Source: Trypanosoma brucei
Taxonomy: Eukaryota
Length of the DNA stretch: 64,000 nt
Direction of reading: 5' to 3'
Assembly: GCA_000002445.1 (NCBI GenBank)
Contig: CP000071.1
Span: 2,112,001 to 2,176,000, forward strand
In this document: piece by piece, positions 42,520 through 54,146 of the stretch
Layout of the letters: every line of letters starts with the position of its first letter
How positions within the stretch are numbered: position 1 is the stretch's first letter
Position numbers and translations under genes: made by a program
Notes under the pieces: model-generated
The model's database searches: none
The model's input: the letters and a program-made list of their open reading frames with translations, nothing else
Told to the model about the DNA's origin: nothing

Positions 42520-45500
42520 GGGGCCAATGCGTGACCTAGCGGGTATCGAATTGTTGGCTGAAATCTCGTTTCCAACGGGGAGGGGGGGAGGGAAGCACTT
42601 GCAGGCGTCGGTGCACTAAAACGCTTCCAAGTTCACAGCCGATGGAAAACCTCATGTTTGATCGATCTGTTTGTTTCTCTCTGCGGCTCTTTCCCTGGGT
42701 TGAAATCATGTCATGACCTGTGAACCGCTCCCGGTTTTCGTTGCTTCATTGGATGATTACAACCGCAGTAACGCGAAATAGAAGGAAGAACAGACACCCC
42801 AAGTGAAGAAAGCAGGCGGACAAGCGGGTAAGAAGATGAATGACGGAAATAAGGGAAGTGTCCGCATGCAGGTGCATCTTTCCCTGACTATGTTAATCTT
42901 AGCGTATCACCCATGTATTTATTTTACATGCATCGTCCTACATTTTTGGTGGGGGAATCCCTCCTTTTCTGCTGTTGTTACAGCCACCGTACTTTTTACT
43001 CTGTTGCTGCTGATTTCGTTTTCATCCGGGCGTGCGATTATGTGGGAGTGTGGTAAAGCAGTGGGGAGAGAGGCACAGTAAATTGTTTGATATTCAATGC
43101 GCATTACAATTCCTAATGGCAAGCATAAACATACATTAATATATCTACACATATACGCATATGTACATGCGCATATGCCAGACGTTCTTTGTTGACATGC
43201 TACAGCGTTGCAAGGGTGTCTAAAGCTGCAACATTGGGCTATAAACAACCAAGAGAAGGTTTAACAGATTTAAAAATATATAAATAAAGCAGATGAGAAG
43301 AGAGGAGATGAGGGAAGGGGGAAAGGGAGAAATTTAAGAAGGCAAAAAATAATGAACAAGCAATTGTAAATGGTATAGTAGACGAGAAGCAGAAGAGAGC
43401 TGTGACATTTTGGTTTTGGTCTTATCTGTTAAAGTAATCACATGGATCGGCGGGTACATTTCTCCATCCCACTTTTCAATTCCCGCACAACTTCTACCAC
43501 TCGTTTTGACACCACCACCGGCATCTAGTCAAATACTTTATTGTTTATTTTTTTTTCACTCATTTTCTCGCTTTCATTTTCCTTTTCGGCACTAACGGCG
43601 TCGCAATGGTGGTCATTGGGATCCAAATGCACACAAACCACTGGTTCAACACAACATTTAACTTCCTTCTGGTGCGTCTGTTTGTTTCTAATATTTTGTT
43701 TGTCTGGGCGGGAAATCAGAAAAAGGGCAGTGTGTACTGTAAGTTGCGGCAATATCGTCGTCATTGCTGTCGTTTCCCCTTTTTACTTCTTCCTTAATTC
43801 AGCTGCAATGCTTTGACACGTTAATTAACCCCTCCTTCTCTTCGCTCCTTCATTCATTACCTTCTTCCGTTTATATGTGTATGTGGACATTTTTACTTTT
43901 CAACCTGATCGTTTTGGTTCAGCTTTTTTGTTGTTGTTGTTCCTGTTCTTTTTCCACCTTTTCTCAATTTTAATTTCGATATTGGCGGGGTCTACTTTTG
44001 CTCTTCTCCGTCGTCGGAAAAGTCGTGTTTAATCATTCAAATGCATGCACTGCACGCAATTCCTCTTGTTATCTGCTCGGCTTCAGATCTAGCGTTGGTT
44101 CAACGCCCCCTGTTCTATTGACCTTTTTTTTACTTATGCGTACCTCACACCTCCTTTTTCTTTTTTGTCTGTTAACTCTTCCCCCTCCTTTTTTTTCTAT
44201 TACCGCCTCCTTAACAAACGCAAATATTTATTTGGCTCGGTGTTGTTGTTGTTTTTGTTTGTTTGTTTGTTTCTTCGACGTCTCGTTTTGTGTGATTTGG
44301 TTTACAGATTCTTTTGTGCTTTCTTCTTTTTTTTTTTCAGCATACCTCCCGCTCCCCCTCATCTGTTGTTGTTGTTTTTACTACTTTTTGTTGTTCGGTT
44401 GATTAAATTATTATTTGGATTCCAATGGACTCCTCCGGTTCAAGTTACGCACGACAGGTGTTAGTGGAACCCGTGAATTGTCGCCCTCCTTTTCCACAAA
44501 TGCATCACCTTTTCTACTTTAACCAGTAACAATAAACAAAAAAGAAAAGATAACAATGATAATGATAATGAAATGGCTGTATGAATGAAAGGGAAAGGTA
44601 GAGGCAGAGGCAGAGACCTCTTAATAAATAAATGTTTATTTATTTATATGTATTTGTTCTGTTTTATTAGAAGGGAAATAAGCATTAGCCGTGAGGCAAA
44701 GAAAAATTATGCTAAAAAAGAAAGGCGAAGATCTTTTGTTAATCACCGTTGTGAACTGAGGGTAACGAATAAATGAATAAATGATGGGAAAGTCGGCACA
44801 TTTAGATAGAGGCGGAAATAAGTGAAGAAGGCAAACAAAGCAAATAGGTTTGCACTCCCTCAGCCCAGTCGTCATTAGCCATTGTGTAGTAAGCGGAGAG
44901 AGAATAAAGCATCAAAAAAATAAAAGAGAGAGGTGGCATTTCTCTTCCCCACCGTACCAGATGATCAGTGATTTGTCTTTCCCTCTTGTTATTTATTTTT
45001 TCCCCTGTTTGTCTCATTATTATCTTTATTGTTATTATCACTATTACTTGTTTTTTTTTTTCGGTGGCTTTGGTCTCCACTAGCACCCACTCGTCTTCTC
45101 TCTGTTTCGCTTGAGTTGCTGCTGTAATACCAACTCGCTCACAGCCACGGTCCCACCTTAAGGTTAGGCTAAATGAGACAGAACCATGAGGAGTGAATAG
45201 CTGTAAGCCGTTATCCTACAGCAAAATTAACACTGAGAAAAGGGGGGAGCTGAAAAGGTAGAAGTGCGTCACATATCAGTGGTAACTGTAACGGCGTATT
45301 AACAACTTTTTGTCCATCTTTTCTTCCCCACACACACACACACACACACTTGAATGTTGTACTTGAGGTGATTCCTCGCTATTTTGTCTCGCTCTCTCTC
45401 TCTGTCTTTATTGGCTGTGGCCTCCCCTGGAACGCGGACATAACACATTGGTTTCCAGGTCTAGGTGCACGTAACTAGACAAGTGCGCCCAAAAAAAGTT

Positions 45501-45669
45501 AAGGAGGGGAATAAACCCGACGCGCACACATACAAGCGCGGGTGGACACTCGAACCCGCAGTCTCACGTAGCAGACGTACAAAATTCCGGCTAGTTTGGT
45601 GGACTGTTACAACCGATTGAAAAGATATTCTCGGGAAGTAAACGGAAGTTTGGGGTTGGGATTTACTTC
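42520..45669 (+). other. 3.1-kb ORF-poor intergenic spacer, extremely pyrimidine (T)-rich on the + strand (43540-44470), with purine-rich blocks at 43260-43400 and 44520-44960
   Basis: Direct reading. The ORFs within it (e.g. 43998..44402) translate to poly-F/L/C low-complexity peptides and are not credible genes. Confidence 0.7.
45328..45349. repeat. (CA)n microsatellite followed by (CT)n at 45386-45400
   Basis: cacacacacacacacacacac read directly. Confidence 0.9.
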
Positions 45670-48600
45670 ATGGAAGCCTTCATCGAAGCGGCAAGGCAGG
45701 CCGTAACGGTAGCCGCAGTAGACTTCAGTCCCGTCCAACAGCTCGCTGAAGACGCAGCCAAGGGCGTTGCTGATGGTGAAGCACTAAGAGAAACCATCAC
45801 AACATTAGTCGACACGTACAGCGCAGCCGATAGCTCACAGGTGGTGCTGCAGTGCTCTCTGATGAAAGCTATCGGGAGTATTCTATGTGCCACAGCATCA
45901 AACGTTGGGGGCGGTAATTGCCAACTTGTGGTGGATGATTATATTCTTCTTGCGCTCTTTTTTAACGAGATATCAACGGTAGGTGACGTTCAGTTGTTTT
46001 CGCTTCTGACAGAAGCCGTGACAGCTCTCTTCCGGCAGACGGCTGCAGTGGCTTTTAAATCAGTTCTGCCGCCAAGCAGTAATGAGACCGAAGATTGCTC
46101 ATCCATCACATCGCTGCGTGGGGAACTGCAGTCCCTCCGGCTCGTTATGGCGAAGCGGCTCGTTGGTCCTTCTAACGCTTCCGAATTCGTAAGTAAACAA
46201 CATCAACGCCACGACACCGCCATGCAGCTGAAGGTGATAGATTGTCTGCGTGTCTTGCTTCTCTCGCTTCTGGAAGTATCCAATAGTGAGGACGCGACAT
46301 TAGCAGCGGTTAAGGAAATGCAGAAAGACGGAACAGGCAATGAAGCTGCCCTGCAGGCGGCGCGCCAGGTCGTTGAAGGGTTGCTTTTGCCCCTTTCCAC
46401 TGCAGTGGACGCCCTCCGTCCTCATGTGACCAATAACAGCAGTGGCAAGGGAAGGTTGTTGGTTACACCGCAACCAAATGGTGCACATGGCACGGCCGTT
46501 TCGCCACTAGTGCTGGTAAGCACTTTTCGTGTAGTAGAGGAGCTACTGTGGCATTGTGCTGGACGCGGAACCGATGACTCGATTGCTGTCGTTGGGCGTT
46601 TCGCAGCGAACCGCTTGCTGACGGCCGTACAGCAATATTTAGTGCTCCAACAACAAAAATCTGTAGAGTCCACAGGAACCGAATCACAGGAAAAACCGGC
46701 GGCAGCGTTTGATGTGCTTCGCGCCGCTGGACCTCAGCGCGCTATTCGCCGGCTGCTTTCAGTGGTCCACCGGCAACTGCCTGTGTTCCCCTCGATTGAA
46801 AGTGCGGTGACAGCGGCCATTGGTGTCTTTGGTGGGCAATTGGATGTTGACGACCCACTCAAACTTACGAATTTGCAACAAGACGGAGTCGGTGCTGAGA
46901 ATCGTTGTAATAATGCAACCGACGTTAGCGGCGATAACCGCATTTGTGCTGCTAAATGGGAAGAGGCACCGTCCTCGTCAGCAACCTCGCGGCTGCGTGA
47001 GTGTGAGCAGATATTACCTGCGCCCAGCAGTGATGCAGTAGTTAATGAAGGCGCAGCGGCTGACTTTGATGACCCAACGCTTATGGAAGATGGTGCCGAT
47101 GGAGGGCCACGGGAGACGCTCCTTAAGAGTACTGTCGGGCCCCTCCCGGCGAACGCTCTCGTAGAGATGGTGTTCTTGAGTATCTCACGCCTCGACATTA
47201 TGAATGAGCAGGGAATTCAGTTGCTGCACATGCAGGGACTTCAACAGCAACAGTATGAAGCAGTACGACGAGCACAAAGGGCAGAACTACAGCGACTTCG
47301 TCGTATTGAACAGCAGGGTGTGGAAAATATTCCCGTCGGCAGGTTGTTGGAGCACTTGAAGGAAAGCACGGCAATGTACGCAGCTGGTGCACAACTGCTC
47401 AGCAATGAGTCCGGTCTTGCCACAATGCAGCGCGCCGCTCTTTTCTCGTTACTTGACGCATACGATCTGTTGGTGGATGCGCAAGAGGGTCGTGTGCGAG
47501 AGGCCCAAGCACTCATTGCCCGTACAATCGCTCAGATGCCCTCGTCGATGATGGATTCTGCGTTAGATGCCGTCTGCGCCCGCTTGAAAAAAGAACTGGC
47601 TGCGGCGAGTAGTTTTCAGAAGACGAGAGGAGGGAGCCCAGTAGCGAAGGTTCCACCACTTACATCGGCGTACCAGCTGGCCCTTCAGGTACTCTTCATG
47701 CTATACTCAGCACAGGCACCGGTGCATGAACATGACGGCAAGGCGCTGATGTTTGCGGTTTCCCCCTCTTCTGCCTTTGCTAACATGGGGGGTGAGATGC
47801 AGCTACAGTCACGTGCAGTTCTCACTATTGATACGGAAAACCCAGTTGACTGGCTGCAGGCACCGGATATGCAGAGTTCGCTAACTGACCGCAAGCGGCC
47901 ACGTGACGATGGTAGCTCGTTTGGCGGAAACGATCTCGACTCTTTCCACCGTGAACGCGTAAGTGGTAGTGAAGAGGCACAGTCGGCAACGGATGGTCCT
48001 TCGCGCTTCTTCCGTGAGGACTCTATACAAAACCCTTGTGTGTATAGCCACTTTCTCTGCCGCATGATGGAGGTGCTGACGGAAGGCGAGATGCCAGTGT
48101 TGCTTCTCGACTTGCTGTTGCAGTGCCCTCGCATTACTCGCTATGTTTGGCACTGTCTGCACAAACACTATTGTCTTTCGCCGGAAAAGGCACGTTGCCT
48201 GCTGGGAATGTGGCTCCTAAAAAGTGTCGCCGCGCGCCGCGCAGTTTGTCGACGCTACGCCCTAAACAGCCTTCTCTACATGACTACATCGAGGAGTGAG
48301 TATCCACGTCGCCTCGCAGTGAAACAATTAGGTGCTTTACTGGCCTCATCCGTCGGGCTGGACGGCCGGCGCGTGATTGACGATAATGTGGAGACCCTTC
48401 TTGTGCGGCACGCCAAGCGGCAAATAGCCGCCATACCAGTCACTAGGCTCCCAACAGCAGTTACGTCTTCAGGGAGTGCTGTGGCGAAACAGGAAGAAGG
48501 AGAAACGACCATGACGGGAGGTGATGCGGCGGAAACTCGAGCGAAGGAGTTACAGAAGCTGACCGAAGCACTGGACCGCCATCTTGGGCCATTCCTTATG

Positions 48601-50007
48601 TTGTGTGCCCGGCAACCGCGTGAGCTCATTCCAGCACTTCTTGACGTGTTTAAAGAGTGCGTCGAACGGCAAAACACCGCCATGGTCCAATTGCTTGCTG
48701 ATCATGTAGACGTGCGCCGCATGTGTCAGCGGCTCTTTCAAACGGACGCCCTCTCCTTCATGTCGAATGTGATGCCGTATCTCCGTCGGTACAGCAACAG
48801 TGCCACGATGCTTGTTCAGAGGATATTGTGGGCGGTTAGTGCTGAGCTACGGTCGATGGGGAAAGGTGGTGAGGTATCAGCAGCGGATCTGGAGGGAATA
48901 GCCGCAGCTCTGCTCGGCCACGCACGTGTGATGTATGAAAATAGCGAAATACCTTTCGTATATCACAGTGCTCTCGCGAGCAACGGTGAGCCCGCTGACG
49001 TGGTAAGCGTGCAGGAATCGCCTGCGTCCCTTCACGACGTGCGGTTTATTGCCCCTTTTATGAGTCTCATTCCGATGGAGGAGCTTAAGAGGACTTACCT
49101 CCGTTCGTTTCTGCACTTTGTGGAACAACAGCTCCAGCAACGGGCCGAGGAAACAATGGACAATGACACAGCACCAGAGTCGATGCGCATGAGCGAGGAG
49201 GAAATGTCTCAGCTCATTCGCGATGTTGCACAAGAAGTCCTTGTCCGCTCACCAGTGCAGTTTAGTGACGGCTCCCCACGCGGGGTTTCGCGTGTGGATC
49301 TTCTTGTTTATTTGCATCACGCTACACGTGGAGTACGCGATGGGGATGCATATCAAAGCAAAGCTCATCAATCCTCTCCCCACTCAACTGTTGTGGAGAC
49401 ACCAATGAGGACTCATGCAGAAACACGTGGCATTCTCAGTTCCTCCGGCCCCCAGTCTCCTGATGGCAGTGTGGTTGGTAACAACGCAAAAGCAAGGACA
49501 GCGGAAGGCGAAACCTCGCTCATCGCTGAGAATCTTCCCCTCAGTGCCCTCACAACGAAAGAGGTGATTTGTGTGCTGCTAAAACTGCGGCGGACCTTCG
49601 ACGAGAGCACGACCGAATACCTCTACGGACCAGCAGAAATCAAAGGGGCAGTGCGACAGTTAATGAAGAACACTGGAGCTACAAAAGTTCCCTCACAGTT
49701 GATGGCAACACTGATTTTCGCCTGCGGTCTCCACCCACCACGCGCGGCCGTGGACCTCGTTCGATTTGTCCATCAGGAGGTCTTACTTCCACTAGCGAAG
49801 GACGGAACATGGGAAAAGGATGTTCAGCTGTGGCGCGGTGTCCTCCTCTTCGCAGAGATGCACTACCGTGAGTGCAGCAGCTTCCTCGTAAACCTGCCAG
49901 ATCAGGTCCTCATCGAAGCACTCCGCGTCCGCCCACAACTGTGTGAATACTTTAGAGAGGAACATGGAAACAACGCATACTTTGGTCATATTCTCGGTAG
50001 TCTATAA
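45670..50007 (+). CDS. large hypothetical protein (1445 aa), predicted alpha-helical repeat (ARM/HEAT-like) architecture
   Basis: 4.3-kb uninterrupted ORF immediately downstream of a 3-kb pyrimidine-rich spacer. Leu/Ala-rich amphipathic segments are typical of helical solenoids. No catalytic motif identified. Confidence 0.75.
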   Translation: MEAFIEAARQAVTVAAVDFSPVQQLAEDAAKGVADGEALRETITTLVDTYSAADSSQVVLQCSLMKAIGSILCATASNVGGGNCQLVVDDYILLALFFNEISTVGDVQLFSLLTEAVTALFRQTAAVAFKSVLPPSSNETEDCSSITSLRGELQSLRLVMAKRLVGPSNASEFVSKQHQRHDTAMQLKVIDCLRVLLLSLLEVSNSEDATLAAVKEMQKDGTGNEAALQAARQVVEGLLLPLSTAVDALRPHVTNNSSGKGRLLVTPQPNGAHGTAVSPLVLVSTFRVVEELLWHCAGRGTDDSIAVVGRFAANRLLTAVQQYLVLQQQKSVESTGTESQEKPAAAFDVLRAAGPQRAIRRLLSVVHRQLPVFPSIESAVTAAIGVFGGQLDVDDPLKLTNLQQDGVGAENRCNNATDVSGDNRICAAKWEEAPSSSATSRLRECEQILPAPSSDAVVNEGAAADFDDPTLMEDGADGGPRETLLKSTVGPLPANALVEMVFLSISRLDIMNEQGIQLLHMQGLQQQQYEAVRRAQRAELQRLRRIEQQGVENIPVGRLLEHLKESTAMYAAGAQLLSNESGLATMQRAALFSLLDAYDLLVDAQEGRVREAQALIARTIAQMPSSMMDSALDAVCARLKKELAAASSFQKTRGGSPVAKVPPLTSAYQLALQVLFMLYSAQAPVHEHDGKALMFAVSPSSAFANMGGEMQLQSRAVLTIDTENPVDWLQAPDMQSSLTDRKRPRDDGSSFGGNDLDSFHRERVSGSEEAQSATDGPSRFFREDSIQNPCVYSHFLCRMMEVLTEGEMPVLLLDLLLQCPRITRYVWHCLHKHYCLSPEKARCLLGMWLLKSVAARRAVCRRYALNSLLYMTTSRSEYPRRLAVKQLGALLASSVGLDGRRVIDDNVETLLVRHAKRQIAAIPVTRLPTAVTSSGSAVAKQEEGETTMTGGDAAETRAKELQKLTEALDRHLGPFLMLCARQPRELIPALLDVFKECVERQNTAMVQLLADHVDVRRMCQRLFQTDALSFMSNVMPYLRRYSNSATMLVQRILWAVSAELRSMGKGGEVSAADLEGIAAALLGHARVMYENSEIPFVYHSALASNGEPADVVSVQESPASLHDVRFIAPFMSLIPMEELKRTYLRSFLHFVEQQLQQRAEETMDNDTAPESMRMSEEEMSQLIRDVAQEVLVRSPVQFSDGSPRGVSRVDLLVYLHHATRGVRDGDAYQSKAHQSSPHSTVVETPMRTHAETRGILSSSGPQSPDGSVVGNNAKARTAEGETSLIAENLPLSALTTKEVICVLLKLRRTFDESTTEYLYGPAEIKGAVRQLMKNTGATKVPSQLMATLIFACGLHPPRAAVDLVRFVHQEVLLPLAKDGTWEKDVQLWRGVLLFAEMHYRECSSFLVNLPDQVLIEALRVRPQLCEYFREEHGNNAYFGHILGSL

Positions 50008-50509
50008 TTGTAGCACAATGTGGTAAGCGGATGGGCGAACGTATCTGCTCACGTGCGTGTAGGAGGTAACTGACGTGGTGGAAGCCGATGAGAAAGTAGG
50101 GCGGCGGAGAGCCTCATGCACCTGCACGGCAGAGCCACCAACTTGTTTGCTAAAGTTTTCGTCATTCTCCGTTACTGATTTGTGACTTTTTGCATGAGTC
50201 TGCTCATGTGGTCTACCCACAGATTGCCTCATGAGGTTGAAGAATAATGACGCGTCTTGCCTCCACCTTTAATGGACATCACTACCACTGAGTTGGCAGT
50301 CCTTTGGCCACGTCTAAACTTTTGTGTGCTGGTGGCGCGTCGGTGATGCAATATCTTCGATGGTTCCCAACTTGCTCAACGGGGCAAAGAGTTTTTGAAC
50401 CTCTGTTTCTATCTTCTTTGAACATGATATTTCCCCCCCCCCCCTTGTCCATTTACACGAACATAGGCACAAAGGAGCTTCACCCATCGATTCTTCACCG
50501 TCAAGGAGT

Positions 50510-51178
50510 TTGAACCACGTTGCGTCGCACAATCCCAACGCCCCGAAGTACGTGTCGATGGAGAGAGTGGGTGTGGCCATGTTGTTGTTCATTCTTTTTG
50601 TAGTTATCCTAACTTGCATCGTTTTTATCATCTTCGTATGCCTTATTCGTAACAACCACATTGTATTAAGGCTTTTTACAAACGGGCATAGGCCCCCTGA
50701 CGCGCTGCCGCCACCTGCTGTGTTGTGTGAGACCAGGCGACTTCGGGCGCTTGGGGGAGGAGTGAACGGAGCGGTTTTGATAGGGGATGAAAACAGGCAG
50801 TTGCTTAGCACCCTGGACATTCCACTCACCCCGGTGCCTTCCCTATGCGAAGACTGTAAGGAACTGTGCCGTAGTAGCTCTAACTGTTCTACGTTAGATA
50901 TTGCCAACAACGACGGATGCCTCGCAACTCGCGAGTGCGCGAAGGAGAGTGCCGTGTTGGGTGCCCATGACTACGGCAAATGCCAACTGGGTTACTCCAA
51001 AAGGGTTCGCGACCTGTCAACTGATCGTGTGTTTGAGCTGTACGTTAGCCGGCAGCTTTTGATTGCTTGCAGCACCGTCGTGCATATGGGTTCGGGTGAG
51101 GAGACAAGCAGAGTACATTACAGTGCGGTGGGAGGGGAACTGCCCACGAACGCTTCTGCGTGGATGTCTATCGATTGA
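50510..51178 (+). CDS. hypothetical membrane protein (single TM, Cys-rich ectodomain)
   Basis: 222-aa ORF with one strong TM helix (VAMLLFILFVVILTCIVFIIFVCLI) and several Cys residues downstream. It sits on the same strand as its neighbours. Support is weak. Confidence 0.35.
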   Translation: MNHVASHNPNAPKYVSMERVGVAMLLFILFVVILTCIVFIIFVCLIRNNHIVLRLFTNGHRPPDALPPPAVLCETRRLRALGGGVNGAVLIGDENRQLLSTLDIPLTPVPSLCEDCKELCRSSSNCSTLDIANNDGCLATRECAKESAVLGAHDYGKCQLGYSKRVRDLSTDRVFELYVSRQLLIACSTVVHMGSGEETSRVHYSAVGGELPTNASAWMSID

Positions 51179-52108
51179 CGGTTACAGATCGGAACCAACG
51201 GGCGATAGAAACGTCGAGTATGCTGTATTTTCACTTGATGTTCCCCTCTTCCATTAGTTTGAATAAACGGGAGACGAAAGAGAAACACAGAGCGCAAAGG
51301 GTCCTTTACCAACTACCCGAAGGTGGCATTGTTCTCTGAATAAGAGGGTGAATATGCACGTCATCGAGGTTGGATAAGGCAAAGACATAGCGTGGTATTG
51401 CTCAATTTACGCAAGTCATTCCGTCCGAGTAGGGAGTTAAAGGAGAGGAAAGAAAGGGGGTTTGTCTGCCCCCTCAGTGGCAGGTTTCCAACTCGGGACC
51501 ATCAACACCCCCAGCAAGGTCAATCACGCGTTTGGCTCGTTCCTACGAAGGGAAAGAGCATACGTTTCTGTCGTTTTCACTATCTTGATTTGCTCAAGGT
51601 ATTGGTCAGTTTACCTTGATTTTCCGCTATTTTTATCGCTATGATTATTCATATTTGGCATTCTTTGCTATTTATCGCCGCTAACGTTTATGCTCTTTGC
51701 TTCGTGAATAACAACACCCTAACTCTAACCCCTTCATCCAATAGATGGCCCAAACACCTTTACTAACCCTACTTCCTTTGTTGTTTTCATCGCTTGATGG
51801 AGAAGGTGGTTTCTGTCCGCAGAAGACGCTACGCCTGTCGACGCAAAGCCGCTCTCCATATTATAATTTTTTTTACTTGTTCGTTAACGCTCGTTTTGTT
51901 AACATTTCCTTCGCCGTTATTAACGGTGCGCGTTCTTTTGTCTTAACTTTCCTTCTGCTACCAGTGTCGACATGTCGGCCAGTCGCCCTTGGGGTTGTAT
52001 TGTTGTGCAGCGCACGCTTCTGTAGGCATTCCCGTTTTCCTCCGTCTGCATCCCGCCATCTCTGTTTAAATCACCAACATCTAGTAGCTAGAACCGGATA
52101 TTTGAAGG

Positions 52109-53278
52109 ATGGCTAGCGTGTCATCAGGAGTTCCCCTCACCGCCCCGTCAGCGCAAAAACTATTGCAGTCTGTGAAGTACATCCTTCTCGACGTGGATGG
52201 CGTAGTGTGGTCGGGGCCGCGTGTGCTTCCCAACATTCCGCAGACATTGCAGTATTTGCGCTCACTTGGGAAGGAGATCCGCTTCCTCACGAACAACGCC
52301 TCCGTGTCGCGCAGCAGTCTCGCGCAGTTGTTTAGGCAGCGCGGCATTGAGGGCGTTAAAGAGAGTGAAGTGTACAACAGTGGCTATGCTGCCGCCCTGA
52401 GGCTGCGCCGCATTTGTGGCGCTGCAGAGGGTAATCAGGAGCGGCAAGAGGGGAACGAACCAACTAGCGATAAGAGGCTGGTGAGGGGAAATGTATTTGT
52501 TATCGGCGAGGAGGGTCTTCATGAGGAGCTGCAGCGTGTTCTTGCGCCAGGGTACATTACGTATGGGATGGAGTTACACGATGCAGAGAAGGTAGGTGGT
52601 TACAACAGCGCAAATGCAGCCACCGCGTGGAAGGAGCGCATTCTTCCGGCTCCGCTACGTCAACTGAAACCCCCTGATGGTATCACCGACTACGGAAGGG
52701 GCATTTCACTGACAGACCTCTCACCGGTGGCTGTAGTGGTAGGACTTGACCTGCATTTTAACATGCTTAAATTGGCCTATGCTTCACTCTGCCTCCATCG
52801 AGGGGCTGGCAGTAACACTGACAGTGAGGGAGATCGTATTGGAGGAGACCGTGACCGCACGCCGGATAAAGGACTTCAGAAACCTGTTTGCTTCATCGCA
52901 ACAAATGAAGACCCCCAAATACCCATTGGCGAAGAGGGACTCCTCCTTCCTGGGGCAGGTGGAATGGTTTCCGCACTGCGCACCGTATCAGGTCGGAACC
53001 CTGACGCCGTGTGCGGAAAACCGCACGTTGACATGGCGCGGATAATGTTTGAGGCAGAGGGCATCACCGATGCGCGTCAGTGCCTGATGGTGGGTGACCG
53101 CCTGACAACTGACATTGCCTTTGGTAACGCCGCTGGTTGCCGCACGCTATTTGTCCTCAGTGGCGCAGAGTCCATGGCGGACATTGCGAGGGCAAAGAGC
53201 ACCGGGGATTCGCAGCTCCTTCCTGAGTTCGTTGCGCCTTCGTTAGCCTCCTTGATGCCTGATGCACGTGACGACTAA
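52109..53278 (+). CDS. HAD-superfamily subfamily IIA hydrolase (p-nitrophenylphosphatase / phosphoglycolate phosphatase-like)
   Basis: Motif I LLDVDGVVW (52189-52209), motif II FLTNNAS, and C-terminal motifs (VGDRLTTDIAFGNAAGCRTLFVLSG). Overall it is collinear with PHO13/PGP-type HAD IIA phosphatases, with a cap-domain insertion. Confidence 0.85.
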   Translation: MASVSSGVPLTAPSAQKLLQSVKYILLDVDGVVWSGPRVLPNIPQTLQYLRSLGKEIRFLTNNASVSRSSLAQLFRQRGIEGVKESEVYNSGYAAALRLRRICGAAEGNQERQEGNEPTSDKRLVRGNVFVIGEEGLHEELQRVLAPGYITYGMELHDAEKVGGYNSANAATAWKERILPAPLRQLKPPDGITDYGRGISLTDLSPVAVVVGLDLHFNMLKLAYASLCLHRGAGSNTDSEGDRIGGDRDRTPDKGLQKPVCFIATNEDPQIPIGEEGLLLPGAGGMVSALRTVSGRNPDAVCGKPHVDMARIMFEAEGITDARQCLMVGDRLTTDIAFGNAAGCRTLFVLSGAESMADIARAKSTGDSQLLPEFVAPSLASLMPDARDD

Positions 53279-54146
53279 CACAGGCCATGTGTGCATGGAG
53301 CGGCTATGAGCCGGATTACGCCGCTGTGCAAACCGTGTTGGGGAGAACGGTGTGTCCCTTGGAGCCTTGTCTTTCGTGTGTGATCATTGCATGGAAACGG
53401 TGATCAGTCCTGCAATTATCTGCTAGGGGTCAACAATATATGTGCTGCACAAATAACTGTGAGCAACGGAACAGAAATCGGCGTCACCGAGCTCAACGCT
53501 CCACAGAAAATGGTGAACCCCAAGCCAGTGTTTAACTCAAAAGCCCAGAACTGATGCGTAAAGGCAACGGGGTGGAAAAGATACAAAGGGAAATGGCCCT
53601 ACCTACCCCTTGATACAAAGCGATTGATCTACTGTTAACGGTTGCAACCTTTTCTTAACTCAAACCACGCCACTACGGTGACGCGTGCGCACATGTCGTA
53701 CTGCCGAAATATACGTGTTTCCCAAAAGTTTGTTATTAAACACGTCTGTTATTTTTTCCCCTTCCGTACATCGCTAATTTCGTTGACCGGCGGGAATGTA
53801 GCGCAAGTACCGCTCAACCAGTCTGTGTTCCTGCCGCGGTGGGGGAATGCACCGTTGGCGTCCAACGCATTGCACGCTTCAGCTCAACTTCCTGCGCCCT
53901 AGTGAATGTGGCGAGGGCCAACCTCAGGTTCTGCGAGCGGGAGATGCCTACAGTGGGACGTCCACCATCCGTTATTTGCGCTGCGACTCTAAGAAAGACG
54001 AAGGCAGCACCTCACCAGCGGTGGGTTCGCCCACCCGTAACGAGCCGAACGTTGCAATCCCACGCAAAGAGGACGGGCTGCACTTCCACGCCATAACAAA
54101 CATCCCGCATAGCCTCCCGAAGGCCTTGCCCCTCACGCTGCAATCC

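Noticed and set aside
43998-44402. 134-aa ORF inside the T-rich spacer
   Set aside because: Translation is poly-Phe/Leu/Cys from T-rich DNA, with no start context. It is part of the pyrimidine-rich intergenic region.
45533-45566. Hairpin GCGGGT(ggacactcga)ACCCGC with a TCGAAC core that superficially resembles a tRNA T-arm
   Set aside because: The loop is 10 nt rather than 7, and no acceptor/D/anticodon arms can be assembled from the flanks on either strand. I could not support a tRNA call by eye.
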